A stretch of DNA of 64,000 nt from Eledone cirrhosa (Eukaryota), in contig OZ024740.1 of the NCBI GenBank assembly GCA_964016885.1, forward strand, positions 353,152,001 through 353,216,000, written 5' to 3'. The notes below the pieces were generated by a model that was given only the letters and a program-made list of their open reading frames with translations, was not told the origin of the DNA and did no database searches. The position numbers were made by a program, and so were the translations under genes. Of the stretch, positions 1 to 12,825 are shown in pieces. How positions within the stretch are numbered: the stretch's first letter is position 1; each line of letters begins with the position of its first letter.

Positions 1-660
1 TCTCTCATGTTGTCTTGTAGCGCACGGAGGTGAGCGGTATAAATTTGGAGTTGGTCATCGCTTACAATGTTTTGAACATTGGCGACACTAGGAAAATTAT
101 AGAATTCCCGTCAACAAAGATTCCTTTCGATGACATTCAATTTGGCCAGGAATGTTTTCACAGCATTCCTTGCTTTAAGCAAGGTGATCCTCTTCCCCTG
201 CAAAGCCAAAATGACGCTATTGCATTTGTCGACGATGTTGGTGAGGTAGGCGCAGTTTTGCCTCACATCGAGGGTTTTCTTGTACAGTTCTGTGTTGCGT
301 CCTCGCAGAAACTCAATGATAGAGTCAAACAGTTCAAAGAAGTGAGTAAGGCACTTGCCCTTTGAAAGCCACCTCACTTCATTATGAAGGAGCAACTTGA
401 CGAATTCTTCGTCATTATCTTGGCACAGTTGCCGGAAAATTCGTTCATTGAGGGAATGCCGTTTGATAAAATTGATGACATCAAGGGCCACCTGCAAGGA
501 CTTGCTCAGTGGCTTGCTGAGTTTCTTCACAGCCAAGTGTTGTCGATGAATGACACAATGAACAACAAATACAGATAGATTTTCTCTCTTCAGATGAGTG
601 ACGAAACCCTTATGTTGGCCGACCATTGCTCTAGCGTCGTCCGTAGCACATGATACAATG
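1..660 (-). mobile_element. hAT-superfamily transposase fragment (Buster/Charlie, ZBED8/SCAND3-like), degraded
   Basis: ORF 111-626 extends upstream in frame as IVSCATDDARAMVGQHKG (xTDGA-type catalytic Asp). It also contains HCVIHRQHL (CxxH motif) and LLLHNEVRWLSKGKCL (RW motif), typical of hAT transposases. It runs off the window edge. Confidence 0.88.
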
Positions 661-903
661 TGTGTTGTATTTGGTCATAGATGTATGTATTACCTGCCTG
701 TGTGTTGTAGGTAGTCCTAGATGTATGTATTACCTGCTTATGTATTGCATGTGGTCCTAGATGTATGTATTACCTGATTATGTGTTGTATGTTGTCCTAG
801 ATGTTTGTATTACCTGCTTATCTGTTGTATGTGGTCCTAGATGTGTGTATTATCTGATTATGTGTTGTATGTGGTCCTAGATGTGTGTGCTACCCGCTTC
901 TGT
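660..903. repeat. 40-bp minisatellite, about 6 copies
   Basis: Tandem TGTGTTGTATGTGGTCCTAGATGTATGTATTACCTGCTTA-like units abut the transposase fragment. Confidence 0.9.
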
Positions 904-1279
904 GTTTTTTTTTCTTTTTTTATTTGTAATATTATTTATACAATAGGAAATAAAATAGATCTACATAGTGTTAACTCGTTACGGTTGAGTCAATAATTTC
1001 AGACAGGAAATACATTGTTATCAGTGAAGGAAAGACAAGATTCTAACTGGCTGCGATTGAAGTGTCCTTGACCCAGTTGACTGTGGGTTTTTCCATTGTT
1101 AGCATCTCAATTGCCGGTTAATGTCTAAACACGCCTGCACACCTGCTCACAGCTGCGGTCAGACCATAGTTATGCTGTCTGTATGCTCATTCAAATGCAT
1201 TCACACTGGCTGTCTCAAAGACATACAAATATGGCTTATAAAACTTACCAAAGTAAAGAGCCTTCCAGTGCACTCCAAA

Positions 1280-1373
1280 GCTCCAAACGCCCCCCTAATG
1301 CTCCCTTGCTCCCAAACGCCCCCCTGATTTTCGAAACGCCCCCTGGGGGTGCATATGCCTCCCGTTGAGAACC
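1280..1373 (-). mobile_element. Possible subterminal/terminal remnant of the hAT element
   Basis: Repeated AAACGCCCCC motifs followed by GTTGAGAACC, the reverse complement of a GGTTCTCAAC hAT-type TIR core. Confidence 0.4.
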
Positions 1374-3092
1374 TTTACTTTAACTCCCTTAAATAGACTG
1401 ACAGAAGTGGAAATAACAGACATTAACAGCTCAGATTCCCTATCAGAGATAAATGACTGCTCAAAATCACACACCACACTTTCATCTATGACCACAGCTA
1501 CATCTATCATAGTTTCTCCTATAGGAGCTCATAGCAATTGACGGCCATGGCCACTTGTTTTCCCAGTCATAGCGGTTGCCACAGAAGGGATAAACCTGTA
1601 TTTTCTATAAATTATTAAGAATTGCTCGTAAGATGTGGATTTGTTTGGTACGTATCGTCCATGTATTCGTCATGGCAGTTTTGAAGCCATGGTAGATTCT
1701 CGTTCGTGCTAAATATAGCAATACTCAAGTTATCTCCAAATGTAACAGGAACTTTTCTTCTTACCTTATATTGACCTATCTCCATCGATTCTCACATCGG
1801 TACGTACTTTTAGGTACTAATAAGACGGGAAGGGAAAATGCTCTCGTCATTGTATTAGTGTGTGCACACTATGAAATTTTTAAAGTTTTTCTGTCACCTT
1901 CTCTTCGATGTCTCCCCGTGTCTATTATATATTATATTATGCAGCTACGTACGGCTTCCTTAGTATCGACGTCTTCACCATATGATGGCGTCATTCGAGA
2001 ATGACTTTTATGACTATGGTTTCTCTTTTGACATCAAAATTATTTGTTTTAATATTTACTCCACATAATTTCCGCTAACAACACCAGTAAGTGACATTTG
2101 CCATCCCTAATATTCTTGTCATGGCACATAAATATAATTCACTTCAGAGTAAATAATTATATAAAATCTTGTCTTTTCCTTTCTATCACAGAATTCAGAA
2201 CTGCTTTTTCGGAAGAAGAAGAAAGCAAAAGTAATTTCCTTCATGAAAAAAGCAAAATAAATATTCATATTTTCCTTCTAAAACTGTTTATTACATAATT
2301 GATTGAAGAAATAGAGACACGAAACTAAATGTTATAATATTTATGGTCGGCTGTTGTAACTTATCAGCCAATCCAATTCTCTGAGCAATTAGTTTCCTCT
2401 GTTATAAATTTTCTTATCCGCTTTTTCCCTAAAACCATCTACAAATTTCAATTAAAATTTAGAATTCAATACTGACTAAACAAGCACTCTCAGATCATTT
2501 ACTTTGCCTCTGCCGTTTAACAACATGTTAATATTTCCTGAGTTTTGTTAGGAATTCTGTTTTCTTGCTTCGAGTAGACTTTTGGTAATATAAAACCACA
2601 GTATTTGACACTTTGGTTGTTACGTAATTAGGAAAGCCAGCCAAGTATTTCAGCATACATGAATATGCTTTCAATAGAATTTGAAACCAATTAGCTTACA
2701 TACCAAAAATAAAATACAATACGGAAGAATATAAAAAAAAACAAATCACAAAAGAAATCTAGTTTTAAAAATTACTGTAATCAGAATTCAGTGAACAAAA
2801 GGTAAGCATAAAATAAAATTAAAATATGAAAAGAACAACTAAATATATACAAATATAATATAAAAAGAAACATTTTTATAAGGACATGATATAGTCATTT
2901 TTGGTAATGGTCATTCTAATAACAAGTTAATAGAACTTATTCGTTTCCTGCCTATATCATATGATCAAGGCTTGTGTTTTGACTTTCGTCCTTCGAAACA
3001 GAAATCTACACTATACTTACAATGTATCTCAAAAGTATGTTATGTTGTTGGAAACATGGAAAGTTTAAATGCATAGTTACATATAAAATATC

Positions 3093-3166
<74 letters not shown>

Positions 3167-3167
<1 letters not shown>

Positions 3168-3736
3168 GTCGCGTGTAGGACGGATCCGGCTATCATCTGA
3201 GTTCATCGTGAGGATTGCCCCGCCCTCTTCCTTTAGCCGGGAAGGGCAGGCAGTTTTTATCTGTCTGGTGGCCATGGCGAAAGAGATAGTATGGTGGACA
3301 CGTTTGAAAGGGCTGAAGACGAGCACTTACCTCTTCGGTGATGCCCTGATTGACTCTTTCAAATTTCATTTGAAAAGGAAAATCAGAGTAGAGAGGGAAG
3401 TGCTTTCTTCCCACCATTTTGTTGAAAGATGGGTGAGAGAAGCAAGAATGGCCCGAGTGAATGGGCCTACTCTGAGTATGTATCTGTAAATTAAAGGTGG
3501 AAAACTGGGAGAGGGCACTTGCCTTGGTGGTCAGGGTCACTGTGGCCTTTTACTGGGCTTTCTCCACAAATGTCCCTCCGAAGTCTCCCCCCTATTGGGG
3601 AATTTTTCATTGTTATTTTTTGTTACATCCTCTGTTTTTGTTTTTTACACGCAGAAATGCCCATTTGTACCGTCCTGTATTGTCCTGCACTGTCCTTAAT
3701 GTCTACTTTATGTAAACCCTGTAGTTAATAAAGAAA

Positions 3737-3739
<3 letters not shown>
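3167..3739 (+). mobile_element. 5'-truncated Tx1/L1-clade LINE (ORF2 C-terminus plus 3'UTR) inside an (ATT)n microsatellite
   Basis: The frame ending at 3489 reads FICLVAMAKEIVWWTR...FKFHLKRKIRVEREVLSSHHFVERW, resembling Tx1/L1 ORF2 C-termini. AATAAA lies at 3727-3732 and (ATT)n flanks both sides. Confidence 0.62.
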
Positions 3740-3795
<56 letters not shown>

Positions 3796-4283
3796 ATTAT
3801 TATTAAAGTTAGCTCTGTTAATAACTTGGGTGCTCTTTTTCCTTCATCTTTTCTACGAAAACTCTTGACACTATATAAATAAATAAATCGGCCAAATGAC
3901 CTTCCTCTTTTGGGAGAGATCACGTGGTGAAACAGGAGAATTTACTACTACATTTTAATGCTTCCCCCTTTAGTCAAGGCAGTACGTCGGATACTATTGG
4001 ACGAAAATCTGCTGAGGAAAGGATCTCCAGTTTCACCTCTAAATAGCTAGGTGCACTTACGACTTGCATATGCATTGTGCAACTCGTGATACACCTTCCC
4101 AGAGTACTAAAAACCTATCGAAGATTTTTATTGATTTCTATCGATTCTTATCTATTCGAGGTGGTCCGGTTTAGTCTCCTACCTATTTGTATTTATCGTT
4201 GTTATGGTTATAAACTATGCCCACATACACCAGGTCGTTATGTTCATGGTAGTTACACTTTCTTAACTTTATAAATATATTTG

Positions 4284-4646
<363 letters not shown>

Positions 4647-4649
<3 letters not shown>

Positions 4650-4830
4650 ATAATAATAAATTTGAAGACTAATATCCAAAGAGGGCTCGATAAGGATAAA
4701 TATATATCAAATATATAAGAACCATAGAGCAAATATTTATTAAAATAACAGATTAAAGTTTAAGCAAAGAATCGCTGCTTTCACCCTTAACGGGATCTTC
4801 TGAAACTAGGTCTATTCAAGTCACCATCTC
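4647..4830. repeat. Dispersed repeat abutting (TA)n; second copy in the opposite orientation at 61811-61957
   Basis: GTAATAATAATAAAT..GAAGACTAA..CCAAAGAGGGCTCGATAAGGATAAATATATATCAAATATATAAGAACC..GCAAAGAATC is the reverse complement of the 61.8-61.96 kb sequence. Confidence 0.85.
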
Positions 4831-5068
4831 TTGTAAAACTGTTGATATATTCAGAAATGGGAGACGTAAGCAAAATAAATTCAGAAAAATTAATGATACT
4901 CATTCCGAAATTCCCTACTGCAGTTTCATAGCATATCAAACATCTTAATTGGCTAAGACATTTAATATTGTGAGAAGTGGCTAATCAACAGAGGTCTTCA
5001 CATGCAATAAGAGAAATATATTTTCATGAGACAGCAATATATGAGTTTTCCAAACGGAAAAATATTAT

Positions 5069-5163
<95 letters not shown>

Positions 5164-5238
5164 TGCTCAAGCTACAGACCGATTATGCATATACGCTAGC
5201 TTGGCCGTATTCTAAAGCTTCGTCAATGCTGTACTAAA

Positions 5239-5281
<43 letters not shown>

Positions 5282-5577
5282 ACCAGGAAGAAAATCAGGA
5301 AAAATTAGGCAGGAAGATGTGGTCAGGAGAAAGTTATTGTGTTCAATCCTTAATTCATGTTTCTGTACAATTACGTCACCTTTTACACCCGCTGACTACA
5401 TTATACAATGTACATTCGTATGGCATGTCTGTGATTGCATTTCATCATAAAGAAGGTAAGAAAAAAAAATTAACAGGGGAAACGAAACGTTGGTTATGCT
5501 CCTAGTTGAGGGTATCGCATTTCTGCAATAAACATTACTTACTGGTGACAAATCTAATGTACAAAATAAACACAGAT

Positions 5578-5613
<36 letters not shown>

Positions 5614-5685
5614 ACACACACACATACACACACGCACGCACACTCACACACGCACACAAACCGCATTATATATATATATATATAT

Positions 5686-5876
5686 AACGAAGGAAGTCTG
5701 GTAAGGAACCAGATGGACCATAATGCACCAGATTACTTAATACTTAGGGTAGTAGAGTGGGTAATAGAAAAAAGTTTAACCCCGACGGCAGAGTTCAAGC
5801 CGTTTCGACAGGTATTTCAGTACTGAAATAACCGTCGAAACGGCTTGAGTTCTGCCGTCGGGGTTAAACTTGTTCC

Positions 5877-5878
<2 letters not shown>
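5686..5878. mobile_element. Short fold-back copy of the PLE 3' end between (TA)n tracts
   Basis: 5686-5810 is a diverged reverse complement of 9676-9798. A hairpin of about 55-bp arms is centred on TTCAGT|ACTGAA near 5821. Confidence 0.85.
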
Positions 5879-5932
<54 letters not shown>

Positions 5933-5942
5933 AACAAGTATG

Positions 5943-6038
5943 ACCCCGACGGCAGAGCTCAAGCCGTTTCGACGGCTAATTCTGGACTAAATAAGAATGT
6001 TTAGCCTGGTAAATAAATAGCCGAACTTCTCAGGGGGT
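5943..6038 (-). ncRNA. Second copy of the PLE hammerhead in the inverted arm; core CUGAGAA (C3.A8 mismatch)
   Basis: Reverse complement of 9611-9706 with the same helices, but reading ACCCC-CTGAGAA. Confidence 0.65.
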
Positions 6039-6467
6039 AATTCCATATATGGGAAGATAGTAATTGTCAAAAGGATTGGTCAAAAATTTGTTGTAAAGAC
6101 AGTTGATTCTATCATGGCATTTAGTGGAACTTGCCGGTAGAACAAAGAGGGAGTGGGGGAAGCCCAGTCAAGCGTTGAAAGTGAAATCTATACAGCAGAT
6201 TCTAAGGATAGAAGGTCGAAAAAGGTGACTGAAGAAGAGGAGGGGGAGTTGAAAAAATAGGTAAGGGAGTAAACAAACAAGCCATTATAAAAATGTGGAG
6301 ATAAATATATAAAGAAAAAAAAACAAATATATTAAAAAAAAAACAATAATTTCTGGTTACTATTCCATCCCCACAATCCCCAAATCTCTCATTAGTATTG
6401 TTAAGCCATAGAAAAGTTTAATAGTTGGAGAAAAATGCTAAATACGGGATTGTTGTGAAAGCACTTT

Positions 6468-6870
6468 ATGAAGCCATCTTTACAGGGGGTCTGACACCAC
6501 GGCAATAGTTAGTAGTAATCAGCCAATGCTATCTTACAATGACAGGTTAATAAGTTGAGGATAAACATACTAAAGAACTAATACGAAATATTAATTCAGA
6601 ATCCTAATACATACTAATGCCAAGAATACTAAAGCAAAAATACCACTAAGAATTTTATAAAGCCATCTTTACAGGGTGTCAAACACCACTGCAATAGTTA
6701 GTAGTAATCAGCCAATGGTAGGTTAATAAGTTGAGGGTGTCTAACACCACTGCAATAGTTAGTAGTAATCAGCCAATGACAGGTTAATAAGTTGAGGACA
6801 AACATACTAAAGAACTAATACGAAATATTAATTCAGAATAGTAATACAATAAATACTAATACAAGAATAC
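6468..6870. repeat. Internal tandem duplications specific to the left PLE arm
   Basis: AAGCCATCTTTACAGGG..ACACCAC.GCAATAGTTAGTAGTAATCAGCCAATG recurs near 6471, 6660 and, partially, 6737. The right arm has one copy near 9100-9170. Confidence 0.8.
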
Positions 6871-7580
6871 CAAAGCAGAAATACCACTAAGAAATTTAGA
6901 AATCACGGAAATGGAGCAGCACCCAGAAAGAAGGCGATTATCTGGGGTCTAACACATCTGCTATAAAAGGCGTAATCGGCCAATTCTATCTTAAAAATAG
7001 GGAGGGGGTGAGGCTACAGAGGACCGAAGGGCTGCATCGGGGTGGGCGAAAAGTAAAAAAAAAAAAAAGACGACAAGGAAGGGGGTCTGGGGTGGAAGGA
7101 CTAGGAAGAGATGGGGGAAGAAGGAACTATAGAGGAAAAGATAAAATAAATATAAAAAAGTTACGTCTACCTTTGTAAGCAGGGGTTACCCCTTACAAAG
7201 TCGGCAAGTGGGGTGTTTCAGCCCTTGTCTACCCCCCCCCCGGTCATTATGGGGTTTGAGGGCGAGGTAAGTCCTACGCAATCTGTGTTTGCATGCAGTT
7301 ACCAGTTCGTCTTTCTTGTTTAGGAGTTGGTCCTTCGAAAACAACATTTGTAATGTTTCCTCCGAGCATAAGTTACACGGACGGCGTGCTCCCGTGTAAG
7401 AGTTAGCTCTGGACAGTAAGCTCCAAGTGCGATTGTATGTTATATTATTATCTTTAAGGTCCCAGATATGGCCCGAGAGTGTAGTGGTGTGACGCCGGGC
7501 CGGGTTTCGGAAAGTATGTCTGTGTAGGTAGAGCCAGGTCTTGAAGTCACAAGCAGTTAATCCTATATAAGCTTTGTAGT

Positions 7581-8643
7581 ACAGACCGGGTCCGTAAACA
7601 ATTAATCAGCTTCTTCCGCGACTGGGGATTTAAAATAACCCTACAAACGTATCTAACCCGAGTAAACTTCCTTGACGTTACCCTTAACCTCGATAATGAT
7701 ATGTACTACCCATACAGGAAACCTAACGACAACCTGCATTACATCCACCGTCGGTCGAACCACCCTAGAAACATCACCAATAACCTGGTTAAAAACATCT
7801 CCCTCCGCATATCTCATCTGTCCGTTAATGAGCAGATATTCGATGAACATGTGCCTTATTACAACCAGGCCCTCAAGCGGAGTGGCTTCCGGGAGGAAAT
7901 ATCCTATTATCAAGCTTCCATTAGCGGAACCAACAGGCGACACCGCCGCTCACGCAACGTAACGTGGTTCAATCCTTCCCACAATGCCGAGGTGACAACA
8001 CCTATCGGGAAAATCTTCTTTAGGCTCATCGAAAAACACTTCCCACTACAACACCGCTACCACAACATAATCAACAAAAACACCATTAAACTCTCCTACA
8101 GCACCACACCTAACTTTGCACAAAACATCGTCTCCTCTAACAACAAAAAACTCAACCCCTATGGAAGAAATAACCGAGATAGTAGCGTAGAGCCGACCAG
8201 GAAGTACAACTGTCCTGATAGATCCCTTTGCCCCCTCAACAACAAATACCGAAATCGAAATGTGATCTACCAGTGCAACGTGAGGACGGACACCTCCAAC
8301 AAAGCTTATATAGGATTAACCGCTTGTGACTTCAAGACCCGGCTCTCACAGACATACTTTCCGAAACCAGGCCCGGTGTCACACCACTACACTCTCGGGC
8401 CATATCTGGGACCGCAAAGATAATAATATAATATACAATCTCACTTGGAGCTTACTGTCCAGAGCTAACTCTTACACGGGAGGACGCCGTCCGTGTAACT
8501 TATGCTCGGAGGAAACATTACAAATGCTGTTTTCGAAGGACCAACTCCTAAACAAGAAAGACGAACTGGTAACTGCATGCAAACACAGATTGCGTAGGAC
8601 TTACCTCGACCTCAAACCCCATAATGACCCGTTGGGGGGGTAG
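7581..8643 (+). pseudogene. PLE RT thumb/linker plus C-terminal GIY-YIG endonuclease, frameshifted
   Basis: In frame from 7581: TDRVRKQLISFF..VNFLDVTLNL..YRKPND..YIHRRSNHP..WFNP..CPL..VIYQC..AYIGLT..FKTR. After a 5-bp deletion near 8347 it continues HRHTF..LSGHIW..CNLCSEE..LLNKKDELVTACKHR. Confidence 0.88.
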
Positions 8644-9610
8644 ACAAGGGCTGAAACACCCCCACTTGCCGACTCTGTAAGGGGTAACCCCTGCTTACAA
8701 AGGTAGACGTAACTTTTTTATATTTTTTTTATCTTTTCCTCTATAGTTCCTTCTTCCCCCCATCTCTTCCTAGTCCTTCCACCCCAGACCTCCTTCCTTG
8801 TCGTCTTTTTTTTTCAACTTTTCGCCCACCCCGATGCAGCCCTTCGGTCCTCTGTAGCCTCAGCACCCCCCTCCCAATTTTAAAGATAGAATTGGCCGAT
8901 TACGCTTTTTATAGCAGATGTGTTAGACCCCAGATAATTGCCTTCTTTCTGGGTGCTGCTCCATTTCCGTGATTTCTAAATTTCTTAGTGGTATTTCTGC
9001 TTTGGTATTCTTGTATTAGTATTTATTGTATTAGCATTCTGAATTAATATTTCGTATTAGTTCTTTAGTATGTTTATCCTCAACTTATTAACCTGTCATT
9101 GTAAGACAGCATTGGCTGATTACTACTAACTATTGCTGTGGTGTCAGACCCCCTGTAAAGATGGCTTCATAAAGTGCTTTCACTACAATTCCGTATTTAG
9201 CATTTTTCTCCAACTATTAAACTTTTCTATAGCTTAACAATACTAATGAGAGATTTGGGGATTGTGGGGATGGAATAGTAACCAGAAATTGTTGTTTTTT
9301 TTATATATTTGTTTTTTTTATATATATTTATCTCCTCATTTTTATAATGGCTTGTTTGTTTACTCCCTTACCTATTTTTTCAACCCCCCCCCCCCCTCCC
9401 TCCCCTTCCCCAGTACACCTTTTTCGACCTTCTATACACTATCCTTAGAATCTGCTGTAAAAATTTCACTTTCAACGCTTGACTGGGCTTCCCCCACTCC
9501 CTCTTTGTTCTACCGGCAAGTTCCACTAAATGCCATGATAGAATCAACTGCCTTTACAACAAATTTTTGACCAATCCTTTGACAATTACTATCTTCCCAT
9601 ATATGGAATT

Positions 9611-9706
9611 ACCCCTTGAGAAGTTCGGCTATTTATTTACCAGGCTAAAAATTCTTATTTAGTCCAGAATTAGCCGTCGAAACGGCTTGAGCTCTGCCGT
9701 CGGGGT
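9611..9706 (+). ncRNA. Type I hammerhead ribozyme (U3-A8 core variant) in the PLE 3' pseudo-LTR
   Basis: ACCCC (stem I), TTGAGAA core, long stem II (CGGCTA/TAGCCG), GAAA, CGGC/GCCG stem III, TC, then GGGGT (stem I'). The cleavage triplet is GUC, with the predicted cut after 9701. Confidence 0.75.
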
Positions 9707-9816
9707 CATACTTGTTCCTATTACCCACTCTACTACCTTAAGTATTGAGTACTTTGGTGCGTTATGGTCCATCTGGTTTTTTACCACATTTCCTTCATTA
9801 TATTTATATATATATA

Positions 9817-9902
<86 letters not shown>

Positions 9903-9908
<6 letters not shown>

Positions 9909-10355
9909 GAAAATGACAGGAGGCCAAATATGTTGAATTTCCTTATTTATTTATTCCTTGAAACACTATGCACATTTCAGTGGCCAGTTTGCGTAAAAAC
10001 CCGACGACGTCTTCAGGTGTAAATTGCGTTATAGATGTATACCAACAGAATGATGGTAAACTTTAAGGAAACAAGCAAAGAAATAACAGAGAAGAAAAAA
10101 GTGTGTGTTTATGTTTTTGACCTTGAGACGAACGAAGAGGCATGTTGTTACAATGCCTCGCCATCTCTGGGTGAAGTTATCCATGACAAATCCTTCCTGA
10201 TAGCTTGCTAAGCTGGTAAGGGGGCGTATAGTTTACTTGTCGAATCTTTACTACTTCTCAATTCTAACAACCTGGCCACTGAAATGTTCGTAGTGTTTGC
10301 AGAAATAAATAATTAAGGAAATCCAACATATTTAGCCTCCTGTCATGTCACTTTA
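9903..10355. mobile_element. Fold-back element with ~85-bp inverted arms at (TA)n; degenerate hammerhead at 9963-10020 (-)
   Basis: Arms are 9903-9987 and 10272-10355. The minus strand reads ACAC-CTGAAGA-c-gtcgtcgg..ctggccac-t-GAAAT-gtgc-ATA-GTGT. Confidence 0.7.
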
Positions 10356-12284
10356 TAATACATGATTCAACATCAAAGATGGATGAGTTGCATAACGTCG
10401 AGTGCTTTTCTTATATTACATCATGATTAACAGCCTTGGGAGTGAAATTTGGATAGATAAAAACGTTTTGAACGCCCGTTGAATGGACTGTACCTGTAAT
10501 TCAAAGAGTCAGCCTTGCAACTCACTTTTGTTTAGGTTACTCGTATCTGTGGAATATTCAGTCACTTACATGTTAATTTCATGATCACGTTCTTCCATTG
10601 GTCGATCAACTAGCACATGCGGCGTCGAAACAAATGGAAGGTCGTCGTCATATATGTGTGTGTATGGAGGGCGTGAATAACTAATCCTCTGATTTATAAT
10701 GATTGTATATGTAACATGGATATAGTATCCCCATATCAATCTATCAATAGATATTTTGGAAGTGTGTGTGTGCGTGAAAGTGATGTAGTGTTTCGTAATG
10801 TTGTTATCAATGAACTATGATTTCCAATAAAACTGACACAGGCTAATGAATAGTTAAGAAAACGCGATGGAAAACATTTTACCCCACCCACTCAGCACAG
10901 GAAGTGTTAGAGAGAACTCCGATAAACGGTGATCAAATATGATTGCACATGTTGTAGGTACCAGCAACTAAACGACGCTGAAAGGTCATTTATTTAAATC
11001 TAATAATAAATTATATTTTCATGAAAAGAATATGGCCATCAATGGTGGCATTGTTGGGGCGTAACCAACCTTCTCATGATATGGTGAAATAAGAGTATCT
11101 AAAGAAAGATCTATACCTGTGATAATCTACAGTGTCCATTGATCCCCAATAGCCACAACCTGTTCTAAATAGCGAGCTATGAATAGAAACTCTAAATAAC
11201 AAACTACAACCTCTCCACTTACATATATGAAACCTAAGGCCACTAAGTATCCGAAAATCCATTATGTCAACAATTATAAAACTAAACAACTTAGTAAGGG
11301 TGGGATGAAATGTATTCTATATGTATCTATCTTGCTAAATGAGAAAGGACATACATAATTTCATCTACCCCAAGTAATTATCCAGATATAGCTAATGGGA
11401 TCGAATCAAAGTATGAAATGGAGCTATGATGTAAATGGAGTATGCTCTATATACGACAGCATATTTTGGAATAATTTAGTAAGTAAAGGAAAGAAAGAAG
11501 ATAATCTCATGGTATGACAACAAAAAAATCTTATCTACGATGTTTATCAATGCCTACAAGTGAACCAGCTTGCAAACAAAACGGAAAATCAAATAGAAAA
11601 AATAGGTAGGTCCAAAAATATCACTATTTTGTAAGTCACATCCATTGAGGAAAACCTTCTCTACTGACAATAACTGCAGAGTGCACACAACCAAACCAGA
11701 AATAAACTGCAAAACTAAGGATGTAGTTTGGGGCGCATGAAAGAGCGGCGTACGTACACCATAATATTTATAGAATATACAGTTCGTAATATAAAGTAAG
11801 GGATTGGAGAATGGTGGTGTTTATAGGATTAGTTTGTATCGTATATTTACAATTGTCTGTCACCAGTGTCGCCACTATGTACTGGGTTAGGGTGCCTATG
11901 GTGCTAAAGCTGAGGTCGCCGCACAAAATTGACAAAATTTCTTAAACAAAATAAAAACATGAAAATAAAGTCGAGATTACTGAAGGAAGAGTCGAGAATA
12001 GGAGCAGCGGAAAAGATGAGAGAATCAAATGGTGTTATCGCCTGTCACATGATTTGGCGTGGGTGAGTTTAACCTGGGAGCCCAATTATTTTCTGAGCAT
12101 AAGTGTCAAAAATATGATTCATCAACTTGCCAAATTGTCAATTGAAATTGCTTTTCTGTACATACACACATGACATGTTTAGTTTAGTCGGATGTTATGG
12201 AATGAATAAGTGTGTGTGCGGATATATACTTTTACACACAACCAACCACACAACCACCCACACAACCCCCTACACACTTACACG

Positions 12285-12422
<138 letters not shown>

Positions 12423-12791
12423 TACATAATGGCTGCAACTCGATTTCGAGTAATACGATCGCTTGATACTTAAAGCAAGAGCATCACAGACGTGGCTGTT
12501 TTTTGTTTTTTTGTTTGTCCTGTTAGGGACTTGCCTATGACCAGCAATACCATGCATCACAAAAGATGTCACATATCAAGCGATGCCTGTGCTTGAAGCA
12601 TTTTAAGTGAAGAAAGGCCAATCCCATTCTCTGAACATCGAATGCATTTGCCCAAAAAGAAGAACAGATCTACATCATTGGATGCAAACAAAGTCGCAGG
12701 TTTTATATCAGAGTGACTTTCTCCAAGAGAGGTGTCTTAATGAAGACTAGGATTCTCGCTCCATGCATACATACATACATACATACATACA

Positions 12792-12825
<34 letters not shown>

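Larger units (their letters stand above)
5929..9798 (+). mobile_element. Penelope-like retroelement, 5'-truncated, preceded by an inverted copy of its own 3' region
   Basis: 5929-7577 is the reverse complement of ~8299-9721. The sense part 7581-9798 encodes the RT C-terminus and a GIY-YIG domain, followed by a long 3' region. (TA)n flanks both ends. Confidence 0.9.

Noticed and set aside
111-626. Domesticated ZBED8/SCAND3-like host gene
   Set aside because: The frame stops prematurely, the N-terminus is replaced by a minisatellite, and the context is decayed transposons.
1295-1550. Short Ser/Thr-rich open frames on both strands
   Set aside because: No recognisable domain and no clear splice or start context.
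3167-3739. Solo LTR (TG...CA ends)
   Set aside because: The TG and CA ends overlap the microsatellite borders. The insert holds an ORF C-terminus, a stop, a 3'UTR and AATAAA, which fits a LINE 3' end better.
4760-4810. Hammerhead-like motif on the minus strand (CAGAAGA..CCC/GGG..GAAAG)
   Set aside because: The core deviates and I could not draw convincing stems I and III.
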